Source: a virus. From it: 64,000 nt of DNA. The first letter of the stretch is position 1. Each line of letters starts with the position of its first letter. This document shows, piece after piece, positions 1 to 9,454 of this stretch. Made by a program: the position numbers and the translations under genes. Under the pieces are notes generated by a model, which was not told where the DNA came from, did no database searches, and saw only the letters and a program-made list of their open reading frames with translations. The DNA is taken from positions 32,001 to 96,000 of the IMG/VR virus record IMGVR_UViG_3300009159_008968, one strand, 5' to 3'.

Positions 1-227
1 TTTTTCCCTTTAACCAGCAAATCATTATTTTCCAATGTTATTTCAATTTCATTTTTGTTGAATCCGGGGACTACTAATTCCAGAACAACATCTTCTTCCA
101 TTTCTTTGATGTTGGAATAGATTTTTTTACTAATTAAAGTTGTTGGAAATAAATTTTTTTCCAAAGTTGAGTCAAGATCTAATTTCATTAGATCAAATAA
201 ACTGTAAGGGTTTGTAAGTGTTTTCAT
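1..227 (-). CDS. Small heat-shock protein (Hsp20/alpha-crystallin), runs off the window edge
   Basis: Not in the ORF track. Manual translation from ATG 227 gives MKTLTNPYSLFDLMKLDLD...NIKEMEEDVVLELVVPGFNKNEIEITLENNDLLVKGK, matching the Hsp20 pattern NI.E......L...PG..K..I.I.LE...L.V.G. Confidence 0.85.
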   Translation of the reverse strand, partial: MKTLTNPYSLFDLMKLDLDSTLEKNLFPTTLISKKIYSNIKEMEEDVVLELVVPGFNKNEIEITLENNDLLVKGK

Positions 228-292
228 AATTTTTATATTTTTTTTAAATTTAAAACCACTTATTTCAAACCATATACCATTTGTATTTTAAT

Positions 293-610
293 TTATTTTT
301 CGGTCAATTTTTCTAGGCCGTCAAAAGAATTTGTGATAAAATGTCTTAGATCTATTTTTCCCTCTGACGTTTTGTCAATTTGTTCTCTTTTCTTTCCATT
401 AAGAGCTCCTCCGGGGTTTTCTAATTGTTCTAAACCGTTTTTCCAATTAGTAAGTCTTTTTTCAAAACCCATCATTAAGTTATCAAAAGATTTTTGAGAA
501 TATTGTTCTTTAGGAAATTTTGGAAAAACATTTTTATATCCAATTTGTCTTGCACGATTTTTTAAATCGTTAATTTCGTTCTTTAAATTTTCGTTTATTG
601 AATATTTCAT
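293..610 (-). CDS. Hypothetical protein
   Basis: 105-aa ORF overlapping the upstream ORF by 4 nt (translational coupling); no recognisable motif. Confidence 0.6.
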   Translation of the reverse strand: MKYSINENLKNEINDLKNRARQIGYKNVFPKFPKEQYSQKSFDNLMMGFEKRLTNWKNGLEQLENPGGALNGKKREQIDKTSEGKIDLRHFITNSFDGLEKLTEK

Positions 611-918
611 TTTTCAGTTTTTTTAAAGTTTTTATTTTTTTGCTCAACTTGAGTAGTAATTACATTACAAGAATAAGGATAAACAGAAATTCTATTTTCT
701 TCAACATTAAATGTTGCATGAATAATATCTAAATCATATTTAAAACCTCTTGTATCTTTTAAATAGCATTTTCCTTCAGCATTTTTCTTGTAAAGAATTT
801 CCATGATTTTAGATGTTGCCTCATTAAACTCTTCATGAGTATCAAATTCAATGTGAACATAATCCCATTTACCATTTTTTTCTACTGGCTTTCTTTGAAT
901 TGTTCCTAATATTTCCAT
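607..918 (-). CDS. Hypothetical protein
   Basis: 103-aa ORF downstream of a consensus Bacteroidota promoter. Confidence 0.65.
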   Translation of the reverse strand: MEILGTIQRKPVEKNGKWDYVHIEFDTHEEFNEATSKIMEILYKKNAEGKCYLKDTRGFKYDLDIIHATFNVEENRISVYPYSCNVITTQVEQKNKNFKKTEK

Positions 919-951
919 AAAATATTTTTTTGTTTTTTTAATTTACTTAAA

Positions 952-984
952 CAAATATAATAATTATAAAATGATAAAAGCAAA
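952..984 (-). promoter_or_regulatory. Bacteroidota primary-sigma promoter (-33 TTTG, -7 TAnnTTTG)
   Basis: Minus strand reads TTTG-N21-TATATTTG, 34 nt upstream of ATG 918. Confidence 0.7.
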
Positions 985-991
985 TATTTTA

Positions 992-1420
992 TTAAAAAAT
1001 TTCATAGTCAAAAACAGGTGTTAAAAAATCGTTTGTTTTATAATCACATTCTAATTTATATCCTAAATAATCAATGTTAAAATCCACAAACCTTACAACA
1101 TTTCCATCTTTATCATAAAAAAAGATTTTTGCAAAATCTATTTTTTTAAAATCATCAATCCAATCATTTATACATAAAGTGCTTTTAATTAATAAATTTT
1201 TTTTATTATTATATTCAACTAATTTAAAACCTTTAATTCTATTAGGGCTTATTTTAATATCTTCACCTTCTAAGTGAACTGAAAATCTATTTTGTAAAAA
1301 AAAATTACTTTCTCCAAGTAAAATTGGATATTCTTTTTCTAATTTGAATTCTTCTAAAGGATTAAAATCATTAATGAATTCAAGTAAAATATTTTTTTTA
1401 TTCCTGAGTCTATTAAACAT
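992..1420 (-). CDS. Hypothetical protein, possibly a divergent tail-tube-fold protein
   Basis: NRFSVHLEG..I....IK and YDKDGNVV...LECDYKTNDFLT resemble the NRF..F / D..G.VV / L.Y..D.L pattern of T4 gp19-like tube proteins. Confidence 0.4.
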   Translation of the reverse strand: MFNRLRNKKNILLEFINDFNPLEEFKLEKEYPILLGESNFFLQNRFSVHLEGEDIKISPNRIKGFKLVEYNNKKNLLIKSTLCINDWIDDFKKIDFAKIFFYDKDGNVVRFVDFNIDYLGYKLECDYKTNDFLTPVFDYEIF

Positions 1421-1429
1421 GAAATAGAA

Positions 1430-2248
1430 TTAAATTCTATCTTTATATTTTAGAATTTTCTGCATTTTTATAGCATCAAGAACTAAACCAGTTCCATTCT
1501 CTAAAACTATGTTCAATTCTTTTGATAGTGCAGCTTCTAAAAATTCAAAACTTAATCTTGTGTTTCCAATTAAAAAACCTCTTTCAGTAAATTTTACTTG
1601 AAAAGGAGCTTTTGTTGATTTATCAAAATTAACAACTAAAGTTTTTTTCTTATTAATTGGTGATTCCTGTTCTTCCATTCTTGCAAATTTTCTTTTAATC
1701 ATAAAACCATATTTGTCCAAATAATCTTCATCTTCTCCTTCCAAAGTTATTTTTGCTTGAGGAGCTGGAACTTTTGCTTGTTGAGCTTTGGCTGCATCTT
1801 CACTAGTTTTTATTGTTTTACCAATCTCAGCTTTCATTTTTTGATCTTCTCTTATTTCATCCTGAATTTGTTTCATTTCTTCATTTTTCAATTTGAGAAA
1901 TTCTTGCTTATCTTTAGCTATATCATTAATAGTATCAACAATTCTATTTCTCTCTTTTTCTAATCTAGCTAATTCTAATCTAATTCTTTTTTGCTCTTCA
2001 GGGCTTTTGGTTACATTATAAGCAGCCTTCTTTTGAGTTATTTGTTCTAAATTATATTTTTGACTTTCTTTTGTTTTTATTTCTAATTCTTTGTCTTGTT
2101 CCTCTCTATTTTTAATAGATTCTTGTGCAACTTTTAAACGATCTTGTTTAGTTTTAATATTATTATCTAAAGTAGACGCATAATTCTTGACAGTGTCAGT
2201 AAAATCTGTTGCTTCATTTATAAAAATTTTAAAAATTTTACTTCTCAT
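1430..2248 (-). CDS. Coiled-coil protein with C-terminal globular domain, possibly virion-associated
   Basis: 272 aa; residues ~25-150 are K/E/Q-rich heptad-like; TATTTAT motif upstream at 2275-2281. Confidence 0.65.
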   Translation of the reverse strand: MRSKIFKIFINEATDFTDTVKNYASTLDNNIKTKQDRLKVAQESIKNREEQDKELEIKTKESQKYNLEQITQKKAAYNVTKSPEEQKRIRLELARLEKERNRIVDTINDIAKDKQEFLKLKNEEMKQIQDEIREDQKMKAEIGKTIKTSEDAAKAQQAKVPAPQAKITLEGEDEDYLDKYGFMIKRKFARMEEQESPINKKKTLVVNFDKSTKAPFQVKFTERGFLIGNTRLSFEFLEAALSKELNIVLENGTGLVLDAIKMQKILKYKDRI

Positions 2249-2285
2249 TCTTTGAATAATGGTATTTCTAAATAATAAATAGTAT

Positions 2286-2313
2286 AAAAAATAAAACCAC
2301 CCGAAGGTGGTTT
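2286..2313 (-). terminator. Rho-independent terminator with UUCG tetraloop
   Basis: Minus strand AAACCACC-TTCG-GGTGGTTT followed by a T-rich tract. Confidence 0.85.
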
Positions 2314-2335
2314 CATTTTAGTTAACTTTTAAAAA

Positions 2336-2518
2336 TTATTGCCCCATTAAATTATTCATATATTCCCTAAACTTCTCTTCTTTTTTAATTTTTTCCATTC
2401 TAATTGCTTCTTTTTTGTCAAGTTTTTTAAGATGGGCAACTTTTTTTCTTTTCTGTCTTTTTTCTCCTAGTTTTTTAGCTCTTTCTGAGGCGTTTTTGTC
2501 TTTTTTAGGCTTTTTCAT
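2336..2518 (-). CDS. Small very basic protein
   Basis: 60 aa, K/R-rich, followed by a terminator. Confidence 0.6.
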   Translation of the reverse strand: MKKPKKDKNASERAKKLGEKRQKRKKVAHLKKLDKKEAIRMEKIKKEEKFREYMNNLMGQ

Positions 2519-2574
2519 AGTAAATTAAATTTACAAGAAAAATAATTAATTTAAATCAAAAACCGAATAGTAAA

Positions 2575-4209
2575 TTATCTTCTATTAATTTCATTTCTTG
2601 CTTCAGCAGCTTTTTCGTATTCCTCATTTTCAATTGCCCAAGCTAAATATGTATTTAATTCATCAATTGACATATCAGGTAATTTTTTAGAAACTAATTT
2701 TTCAGGAACACCAGTTTCAGTTTTCTTTCCTAAGATATCATCCAAAGCACTACTAACAAGATCACCTATCTTATTCATATCAGGTTCTCCAGCTATATCT
2801 TCCGGTTCCGGCATTTCATCATTTTGATTTCTATAATCTTCAATTTCTTTTTCAAGTTCATCAACCATTTTTTCTAGTTTTTGGATAGCTGTAGCTCCAT
2901 CATTTACCACTTCATCCATAAGTTGCAAGAAATCATCAGGTGCTAACATTCCAATTTTATTCAAAAGATAAGATACTATTGAGTAATCATTATTTCTTTC
3001 TTTTACTATATAATCAATACAATCATGTAAATATTTCCAAAGACGTGGACCAATTAATTTCATCCATTGTTCTTCTTCATATTTATCTGCTTGAGAAATT
3101 ACGTATTTACTCATTTCCTCACCATGTTCTTGAGCGATATCCTCAATACTTTGTAAGAAAAGTAACTCAACAGCAATTTTTGCAGTTTCATGTAAAAGAA
3201 TTAAAAATAATTTTGCTTGTGCTTTTCCTTCTCCTGATTCTTTATCAATTTCACATTTACCCCAATTTTGTCTTCCTGCTACTGGCATTTCTATTTTCCA
3301 TAGTTGAAATTCCACATTAGGCATGAATTTTTCATACAATGGATACAATCTATCATCAATAGCATCTAATGATGCCTTAACTCCGTCAAATAGCTTATGA
3401 GCTCTATAACCAGAACCCATCATCAGAGCATTTTGAATTTTTCTTTTATCAATGTATTTTTTTGCTAATTCTTTTTCTTCATCTGTTAATTCAGCTTCAA
3501 CAGCTTCAATTGGATTTTCATCATCCCCATCCATTTCAATATTTTCATCTGGAGTTAATCGTGCAACAATCATTTCTTTTACCTCATCAGGTAAACCAAA
3601 ATTTCTTGCTACAGTTTCAATTGCTAATTCTTCTAATTGTCTTTTATGACGAGATTCAATAGTCATAATAGATTGCAAAGAAGTATAAATAGCTTGCATA
3701 CTTAAATCACCAGCATCAACTAACGTATTGACAATTGAATTAAATTCTTCACTTCCAAGTTTTTCAAGTGTAGATTTATTCATTTGTTTTTTCTGTAAGA
3801 ATTCAATATCACTGAAAGGTGATGGTCCTTGACCTTCAATTCCACTTTTAAAGCTTGATGCAGGTTCTCCGTATCTTGGATTATCAATGTCCATAGGTGG
3901 TGCTTCTTTTAATAATTGACGAAATCTTATTCTTTCGTCATTTTCTTTTAAAAATTTTTTAATTTCATTAACACCATTTCCTTTTACAACTACCTCTTGA
4001 CCTTTATCTTCAGCCTTTGGATTAGGACGTGTATTAGGTCCCGGTTTAGGTATTTTTAAAGGATTAGGCTTTTTATCTGGGGTTGTTTTCGGAGGAGTTT
4101 TTACAGGAGCTGTTTCAGTATCACCTTCATTTTTCATTTTTTTCAAATGATTTTTGACTGCTTTCAAAACAATCTCTTTTAATTCGTGGTATTTAATTTT
4201 CTTTGACAT
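2575..4209 (-). CDS. Acidic 544-aa protein with Pro-rich linker and C-terminal UVR (UvrB/UvrC) motif
   Basis: C-terminus LAWAIENEEYEKAAEARNEI fits the UVR consensus (A+..E.YE.AA..RD.I); TATTTAT upstream at 4228-4234. Confidence 0.75.
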   Translation of the reverse strand: MSKKIKYHELKEIVLKAVKNHLKKMKNEGDTETAPVKTPPKTTPDKKPNPLKIPKPGPNTRPNPKAEDKGQEVVVKGNGVNEIKKFLKENDERIRFRQLLKEAPPMDIDNPRYGEPASSFKSGIEGQGPSPFSDIEFLQKKQMNKSTLEKLGSEEFNSIVNTLVDAGDLSMQAIYTSLQSIMTIESRHKRQLEELAIETVARNFGLPDEVKEMIVARLTPDENIEMDGDDENPIEAVEAELTDEEKELAKKYIDKRKIQNALMMGSGYRAHKLFDGVKASLDAIDDRLYPLYEKFMPNVEFQLWKIEMPVAGRQNWGKCEIDKESGEGKAQAKLFLILLHETAKIAVELLFLQSIEDIAQEHGEEMSKYVISQADKYEEEQWMKLIGPRLWKYLHDCIDYIVKERNNDYSIVSYLLNKIGMLAPDDFLQLMDEVVNDGATAIQKLEKMVDELEKEIEDYRNQNDEMPEPEDIAGEPDMNKIGDLVSSALDDILGKKTETGVPEKLVSKKLPDMSIDELNTYLAWAIENEEYEKAAEARNEINRR

Positions 4210-4255
4210 TGTAAATTTACATTTTTAATAAATATAAAACAAAATTATTTAAAAT

Positions 4256-4285
4256 AAAAAAAACCCACATTTCTGCGGGTTTTTT
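4256..4285 (-). terminator. Rho-independent terminator downstream of nrdJ
   Basis: Minus strand AAAAAACCCGC-AGAAAT-GTGGGTTTTTT. Confidence 0.75.
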
Positions 4286-4302
4286 AAATTATAATTATTC
4301 AA

Positions 4303-7300
4303 TTATCCACACTTGCTTAAACCGCATTTCGGACAACTTAAACAACCTTCAGTGTATTGTAAAGCACAATCTGGATCATTATTGACACATTTTGAATTTC
4401 TTGCTTTAGTACCATCTTTAATATATTTTTTAATAGTACGGATAATTCCATTTTTCCAAGTATCCAATCTTTCTTCGTCAAGATTTAATTTTTCTACCAT
4501 CTCTACAACATATTCCAATGGCATACCATGACGTAAAATACCAGAAATCATTTTTGCATAATTGTGATAGGTAACTTCAAATGCATTTGAAAGACCTTCA
4601 ACGACCATAACATCATCTGACTTTGGATTTATAATAAAATCATATCTTGATGCTTCTTCTAATTTTAATCTTCTAATTTGACCATTTTCAACATTTTTTG
4701 GAATTCTAAATGCATCTTCCAAACCAGTAAATATTTCATATGGTCTTCCATCTAATAAACCAACAAACGCAATCCATCTTTCACCTTTGTTCATAAATCT
4801 ATGAACTTGAGCATCTAAAAACTTAGGACGTTTTGGTGCGTGATTATCTTCAAATATTTTTTTCTTTTCTTCTTCTTTCTTAGTTTCTTCTGAAATCAAT
4901 ACACCACTTCTTGAACCGTCACGATATACTGTAATTCCTTTACAGCCGCTTCTCCAACCTGTTTCATAAACTTTACCAACGATTTCTTCAGTAATTTCAT
5001 TTGGAAGGTTTACGGTAACTGAAATACTATGATCAACATGTTTTTGAATTCTTCCTTGCATTTCTACTTTCTTCACCCAATTAACATCATTGGAAGTAGC
5101 TTTGTGATATGGGGATCCTTCAATTAAGTTTTTTATTTCAGTTTCGTTAAGATTTTCTATTTGAGCTTTATCATAACCTTTAGCTTTCAAATAATCAATA
5201 AATTTATGGTGAAACACCGGATAATTCTGCCAACTATCTCCAACTTGATCAACGAAATCAACTCTTGCATCTTTATCATTAGGATTAATTTTTCTTCTTC
5301 TCATATATGATATTAAGAATGCAGGTTCAATTCCAGAAGTTGTTTGAGTCATAATAGAAACAGATCCTGTAGGAGCAATCGTCAAAAGAGCAATGTTTCT
5401 TCTTCCGTACTTCATCATATCAGCATAAAGTTCCATATCTTCTTCTTTAATTCTATTGATAAAAGGATTATTTCCTTCTTTAATTGAAGCGTAAATTGGG
5501 AATGATCCTCTTTCTTTAGCTAAATTTACTGAAGAACGATAAGCTGATAATTTTAATTGTTTATGAACTTCTTCAGTAATATCATTTGCCTTATCTGTAC
5601 CATAAGTAATTCCTAAAGCTGCAACCATATCACCTTCTGCAGTTACACCAAGACCAGTTCTTCTACCTTGTGTACATTTGTGTTTAATGTTTGTCCAAAG
5701 ATTTTTTTCAGTTAATTTTAAAAATTCATCTTCTGGATCAGAATCAATTTTCTCTAAAATTCTATCAACTTTTTCAATCTCAAGATCAATTAAATCATCC
5801 ATTAATCGTTGGGCTATAACTGCATGTTTCTTAAATAAATCCCAATTGAAATAAGCATTTTCAGTAAATGGGTTTTCTACATAAGAATATAAATTTAAAC
5901 ATAATAAACGACAAGAGTCATCAGCACAAAGAGTGATTTCGCCACAATTTTTTACAGTAATTCCAGCAGAAACGATGTATTTATTATCATCGAATTTTGT
6001 AATTATATCATAATTGTGATTATCGTCTACTGTGATATTATAAACATCTTCATAACCATAAAATTCAACCGATTCTACTTTGTGATTTGTGGCTACTTGA
6101 TTTTTAAAATTATTCCAAGTTTTAAACCTGAATTCATTCTGAATAAATTGTGGTAAACTATGTTCTTTAGCATGTTTAAGCCATAATTTATAAGTTAATT
6201 TTCCGTTTTTTTCAAATATTTTTTCACCCTCTTTTAATAACTCCTCGTTGGTAACATTTAAATATCGTCCGTTTTCAGCACCATTATGAGTTGCAAATTT
6301 TAATTTCCACTCGTTAGACATTTTATAATATGGGTTATTTTTCCCTATCATTTTTTCTCTATGAATTAAATTATGATCCTCATGTAATAAAACTTCTAAA
6401 TTTTCATATCGGTCGTCTTTTGAATCAAAATTTTTATGATGAATTGCATATTTTTTTGAATCAACAACATTGTTTGATATGAATTCGTGTACAATTCTAT
6501 ATTGTCTTCTATTTCTAAATGCTCCACCAGACATTTTGGCTCCAACTGATGAAATTTGTCTATAACCATTTGATTCAAATGAATAAAAAGGATTCAATGA
6601 ATCACCTTTTTTTAGATCTTTTAATTCAACATATTTTAAATTTTTCGTCAAAATTTTGTGATCAGGAGTCGCTATTAATTCACTTCCATCATCTAAAACT
6701 AGTTTCCAAACTTCAGTTTTATTTTTAGTTAATCTTGGATTTCTACCCCATTTTATTTCTCTTTGACCCGTTTTTGAATTTACAGAGTACACTGGAACAT
6801 CTTTACCTTCTTCAGCAAGCTGTTTTATTGTGACTGCATTTCTTCCGTCAGCAACTGCAATTAAAGTATTTCCAACGATACATGGATTCGTTGAAATAGT
6901 TTTGAAACCTAAATCTGCGTAGCAATCAGGAATAGATTCACGAATGATCGTATCCCAAAATAAAATTCCCGGTTCAGCACGTTGCCAAGCATTGTGTACA
7001 ATCTTTTTCCATAAATTAGTTGCATTAACTTCTTTTGTGAAAGTTGGATTATTGCTATCAACAGGAAATTTTGCAGTAAATGGAGTTTCAGATAATGCTG
7101 ATTCCATAAATGAATCACTAATTCTTACTGATACGTTTGCACCAGTAACTTTTGTTGGATCCATTTTAGCATCAATAAAATCTTCCGCATCAGGATGAAC
7201 AATAGAGAATGATTCCATTAAAGCACCTCTTCTTCCATCTTGAGCGACTTCTCTAGTAGAGTTAGAAAATCTTTCCATATAAGGAACAACACCAGTACTT

Positions 7301-7812
7301 GTCAAAGCACTATTTTTTACAGCAGTTCCCTTTGGACGAATAAATGATAAATCAAGACCTACGCCAGCTCTTCTTTTTTGTAACTGTACTAATTCTTGGT
7401 CTAATTTTAAGATACCACCATAAGAGTCACCTTCATTAGAATTACCAATTACAAAACAATTTGAAATTGATACATATTGAAAATTATTTCCAATACCTGC
7501 CATTGGACTACCTTGGGGAACTATGTATTTAAATCTTTTAATTAAATCAAAGATTTCTTCTTCTCCTAATCCATTTTCATAGTTGGCTTCAATTCTCGCA
7601 AATTCTTTTGCAATTCTTTTATGCATATCATTTGGAGTTAATTCATAAATATTACCCATACTATCCTTCAAGGCATATTTATTAATCCAAACTTGAGCTG
7701 CTAATTCATCTCCTTCAAAATATTCTAAACAAGCTTTGAATACTTCATCTCTAGAGTAAATTTTTAAATTTTCATCCATTTTTTCTTCTTTTTTTTCGAT
7801 TTGTAATTCCAT
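4303..7812 (-). CDS. nrdJ: Class II (adenosylcobalamin-dependent) ribonucleotide reductase with intein
   Basis: SNCFV, TNPC...CGE split by the intein, TIAPTGSVS, QKHVDHSISVTVNL, GCKGITVYRDGSRSGVL, and a C-terminal TSCPD-like domain with CxxC zinc motif typical of Bacteroidota NrdJ. Confidence 0.95.
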   Translation of the reverse strand: MELQIEKKEEKMDENLKIYSRDEVFKACLEYFEGDELAAQVWINKYALKDSMGNIYELTPNDMHKRIAKEFARIEANYENGLGEEEIFDLIKRFKYIVPQGSPMAGIGNNFQYVSISNCFVIGNSNEGDSYGGILKLDQELVQLQKRRAGVGLDLSFIRPKGTAVKNSALTSTGVVPYMERFSNSTREVAQDGRRGALMESFSIVHPDAEDFIDAKMDPTKVTGANVSVRISDSFMESALSETPFTAKFPVDSNNPTFTKEVNATNLWKKIVHNAWQRAEPGILFWDTIIRESIPDCYADLGFKTISTNPCIVGNTLIAVADGRNAVTIKQLAEEGKDVPVYSVNSKTGQREIKWGRNPRLTKNKTEVWKLVLDDGSELIATPDHKILTKNLKYVELKDLKKGDSLNPFYSFESNGYRQISSVGAKMSGGAFRNRRQYRIVHEFISNNVVDSKKYAIHHKNFDSKDDRYENLEVLLHEDHNLIHREKMIGKNNPYYKMSNEWKLKFATHNGAENGRYLNVTNEELLKEGEKIFEKNGKLTYKLWLKHAKEHSLPQFIQNEFRFKTWNNFKNQVATNHKVESVEFYGYEDVYNITVDDNHNYDIITKFDDNKYIVSAGITVKNCGEITLCADDSCRLLCLNLYSYVENPFTENAYFNWDLFKKHAVIAQRLMDDLIDLEIEKVDRILEKIDSDPEDEFLKLTEKNLWTNIKHKCTQGRRTGLGVTAEGDMVAALGITYGTDKANDITEEVHKQLKLSAYRSSVNLAKERGSFPIYASIKEGNNPFINRIKEEDMELYADMMKYGRRNIALLTIAPTGSVSIMTQTTSGIEPAFLISYMRRRKINPNDKDARVDFVDQVGDSWQNYPVFHHKFIDYLKAKGYDKAQIENLNETEIKNLIEGSPYHKATSNDVNWVKKVEMQGRIQKHVDHSISVTVNLPNEITEEIVGKVYETGWRSGCKGITVYRDGSRSGVLISEETKKEEEKKKIFEDNHAPKRPKFLDAQVHRFMNKGERWIAFVGLLDGRPYEIFTGLEDAFRIPKNVENGQIRRLKLEEASRYDFIINPKSDDVMVVEGLSNAFEVTYHNYAKMISGILRHGMPLEYVVEMVEKLNLDEERLDTWKNGIIRTIKKYIKDGTKARNSKCVNNDPDCALQYTEGCLSCPKCGLSKCG
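5947..6882 (-). mobile_element. Intein with HNH homing endonuclease in NrdJ (312 aa)
   Basis: Begins CIVGNTLIAVADG, has block B ATPDH, HNH motif AIHHKNFDSKDDRYENL...H...H, block F EDVYNITVDDNHNY, and ends TVKN before the extein CGE. Confidence 0.93.
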
Positions 7813-7855
7813 ATTTTTTGTTATTTTTTTATATTTTTCTTTTTGTTTTAGACAA

Positions 7856-7885
7856 AAAAAACATCATTTTTTTTATGATGTTTTT
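7856..7885. terminator. Inverted repeat, possible terminator between helicase and nrdJ
   Basis: AAAAACATCA-loop-TGATGTTTTT; the stem is AT-rich and weak. Confidence 0.4.
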
Positions 7886-8026
7886 ACGTAACTAATTGAT
7901 TATAAATGACTTATATTTATTTGGTTTAAAAAAAAATAAAACTTTTTTCTTTTACATAAATAATAAAAAATTAAAAAAAATTATAAATTATTAAAAACTT
8001 TTTTGTCGTTGAAAATGAGTTGGTTA

Positions 8027-9436
8027 CTACTCCTCAAAATCTTCTGCAGATAATTGTGAACTTATACTTTGAATTGCTTGTTGTTCAATCATTGCAACGT
8101 GAGGTGCAATATTTTCAAGTCCATGAGAAGGTTGTCCAGTTCTATCAATTTCAATGAAAACTTTAGAAGTATCAAATAGTAATGGTAATTCAAAACCATC
8201 ATTACCATTTCTATTTTTCAATACTATTAATTGTGCTTTTTTCTCTCTTTTATTTTCATCGGTTCTAGCCAAACCTAATATAACATCTGCCGTTTGAGCT
8301 TTTCCTAAACTTTCTGAAATAACACTTAAATCAAATCTAGCTGAATTGATGGCAGAACGTCCCGCCTGAGAGGCTGTCCAAATGGGAATATCTAACTCCA
8401 TAGATAAAGCTCTTAAAGTTTCATAGATTTGAGTTAAACTATGTCTTTTTTCTGCATAAGTTGATGTAGGCTTCATGATATCAGCATAATCAACAAATAT
8501 TTCATCTGGTCGAAATCCGTCCCTTTCTAATATTTTAATATGATTTCTTACTGTATTAACAGTTGCAGAACCTGTTGGAAATTCTTTAATAAATAAATTT
8601 CCTCCCATTTTCTTTAACTCTTCAATTCTTTCACGAATAGCATCAGGGTTATCTAAAACATTTTTTAATTGAATATCATTTAAACAAGCATCAAAACGAT
8701 TTCCAATTACACGTTCAGCTAATTCCAAGCTATAGTAAACAACATTTTTTCCAAGCAGAAGCGCAGTAGATGCAAACTTTACCAACATCATTGATTTACC
8801 GCCACCTGTTGGAGATAAAATTACTCCTAATTCTCCACCTGATAACCCTCCACCAATTTGTTCATCTAATAAATCTAAACAAGGAACTGGTTTACGATGT
8901 TGTCGTACTAATCTTTTTTCAAGATCTTCGATATAATTGTGTCCACTATCTTTTATTTCTCCAAGCTTAATAGAGTCAGTAATTATTTTTTGTATTAATT
9001 CATAATCACCTTTCTCCCAACTTTCTGCTGCTTCTAATAAACCTTTTTTAAGTGATTGTTTTCTACAGAAATCAATTGAAATGTCTTTGACAAATTGTTT
9101 ATCAGTAACATTTAAATCTTTTAAAATATGTAGTAAATCAATAAGGCGTTCTTTTAAAACAGAATCCGATTCTTTTTCATTAATCAGATTAGTTATTGTA
9201 TTATACTCAGGAATTAGATTGTACTTACCGTAATAATCAACTATGTACTTGAGAATTATTTTTGTAAGAATTGAATCAAAATAATCCGGTTTTAAAATTT
9301 CTAATATTTGTTCTGAGAATTTCTCATCTTCTATAATAAGTTTTATTAGCTTTATTTGAAAATTTTCATCTAATAATACGTTGTTATCTTTTATGTTTAT
9401 TATAGTAGATTTAATCTCGTTAGAGTTATTTTCCAT
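8027..9436 (-). CDS. dnaB: Replicative DNA helicase (DnaB / T4 gp41 family)
   Basis: Walker A SPTGGGKS in GGLSGGELGVI, YYSLE, Walker B FVDYAD, WTASQ, ADVILGL, KNRNG. Confidence 0.92.
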   Translation of the reverse strand: MENNSNEIKSTIINIKDNNVLLDENFQIKLIKLIIEDEKFSEQILEILKPDYFDSILTKIILKYIVDYYGKYNLIPEYNTITNLINEKESDSVLKERLIDLLHILKDLNVTDKQFVKDISIDFCRKQSLKKGLLEAAESWEKGDYELIQKIITDSIKLGEIKDSGHNYIEDLEKRLVRQHRKPVPCLDLLDEQIGGGLSGGELGVILSPTGGGKSMMLVKFASTALLLGKNVVYYSLELAERVIGNRFDACLNDIQLKNVLDNPDAIRERIEELKKMGGNLFIKEFPTGSATVNTVRNHIKILERDGFRPDEIFVDYADIMKPTSTYAEKRHSLTQIYETLRALSMELDIPIWTASQAGRSAINSARFDLSVISESLGKAQTADVILGLARTDENKREKKAQLIVLKNRNGNDGFELPLLFDTSKVFIEIDRTGQPSHGLENIAPHVAMIEQQAIQSISSQLSAEDFEE

Positions 9437-9454
9437 GCTGTAAAATTATAATTT

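Noticed and set aside
7813-8026. Long leader upstream of B12-dependent nrdJ as a cobalamin riboswitch
   Set aside because: Extremely AT-rich, with no recognisable conserved cobalamin-box sequence; only one weak hairpin. An Infernal search would settle it.
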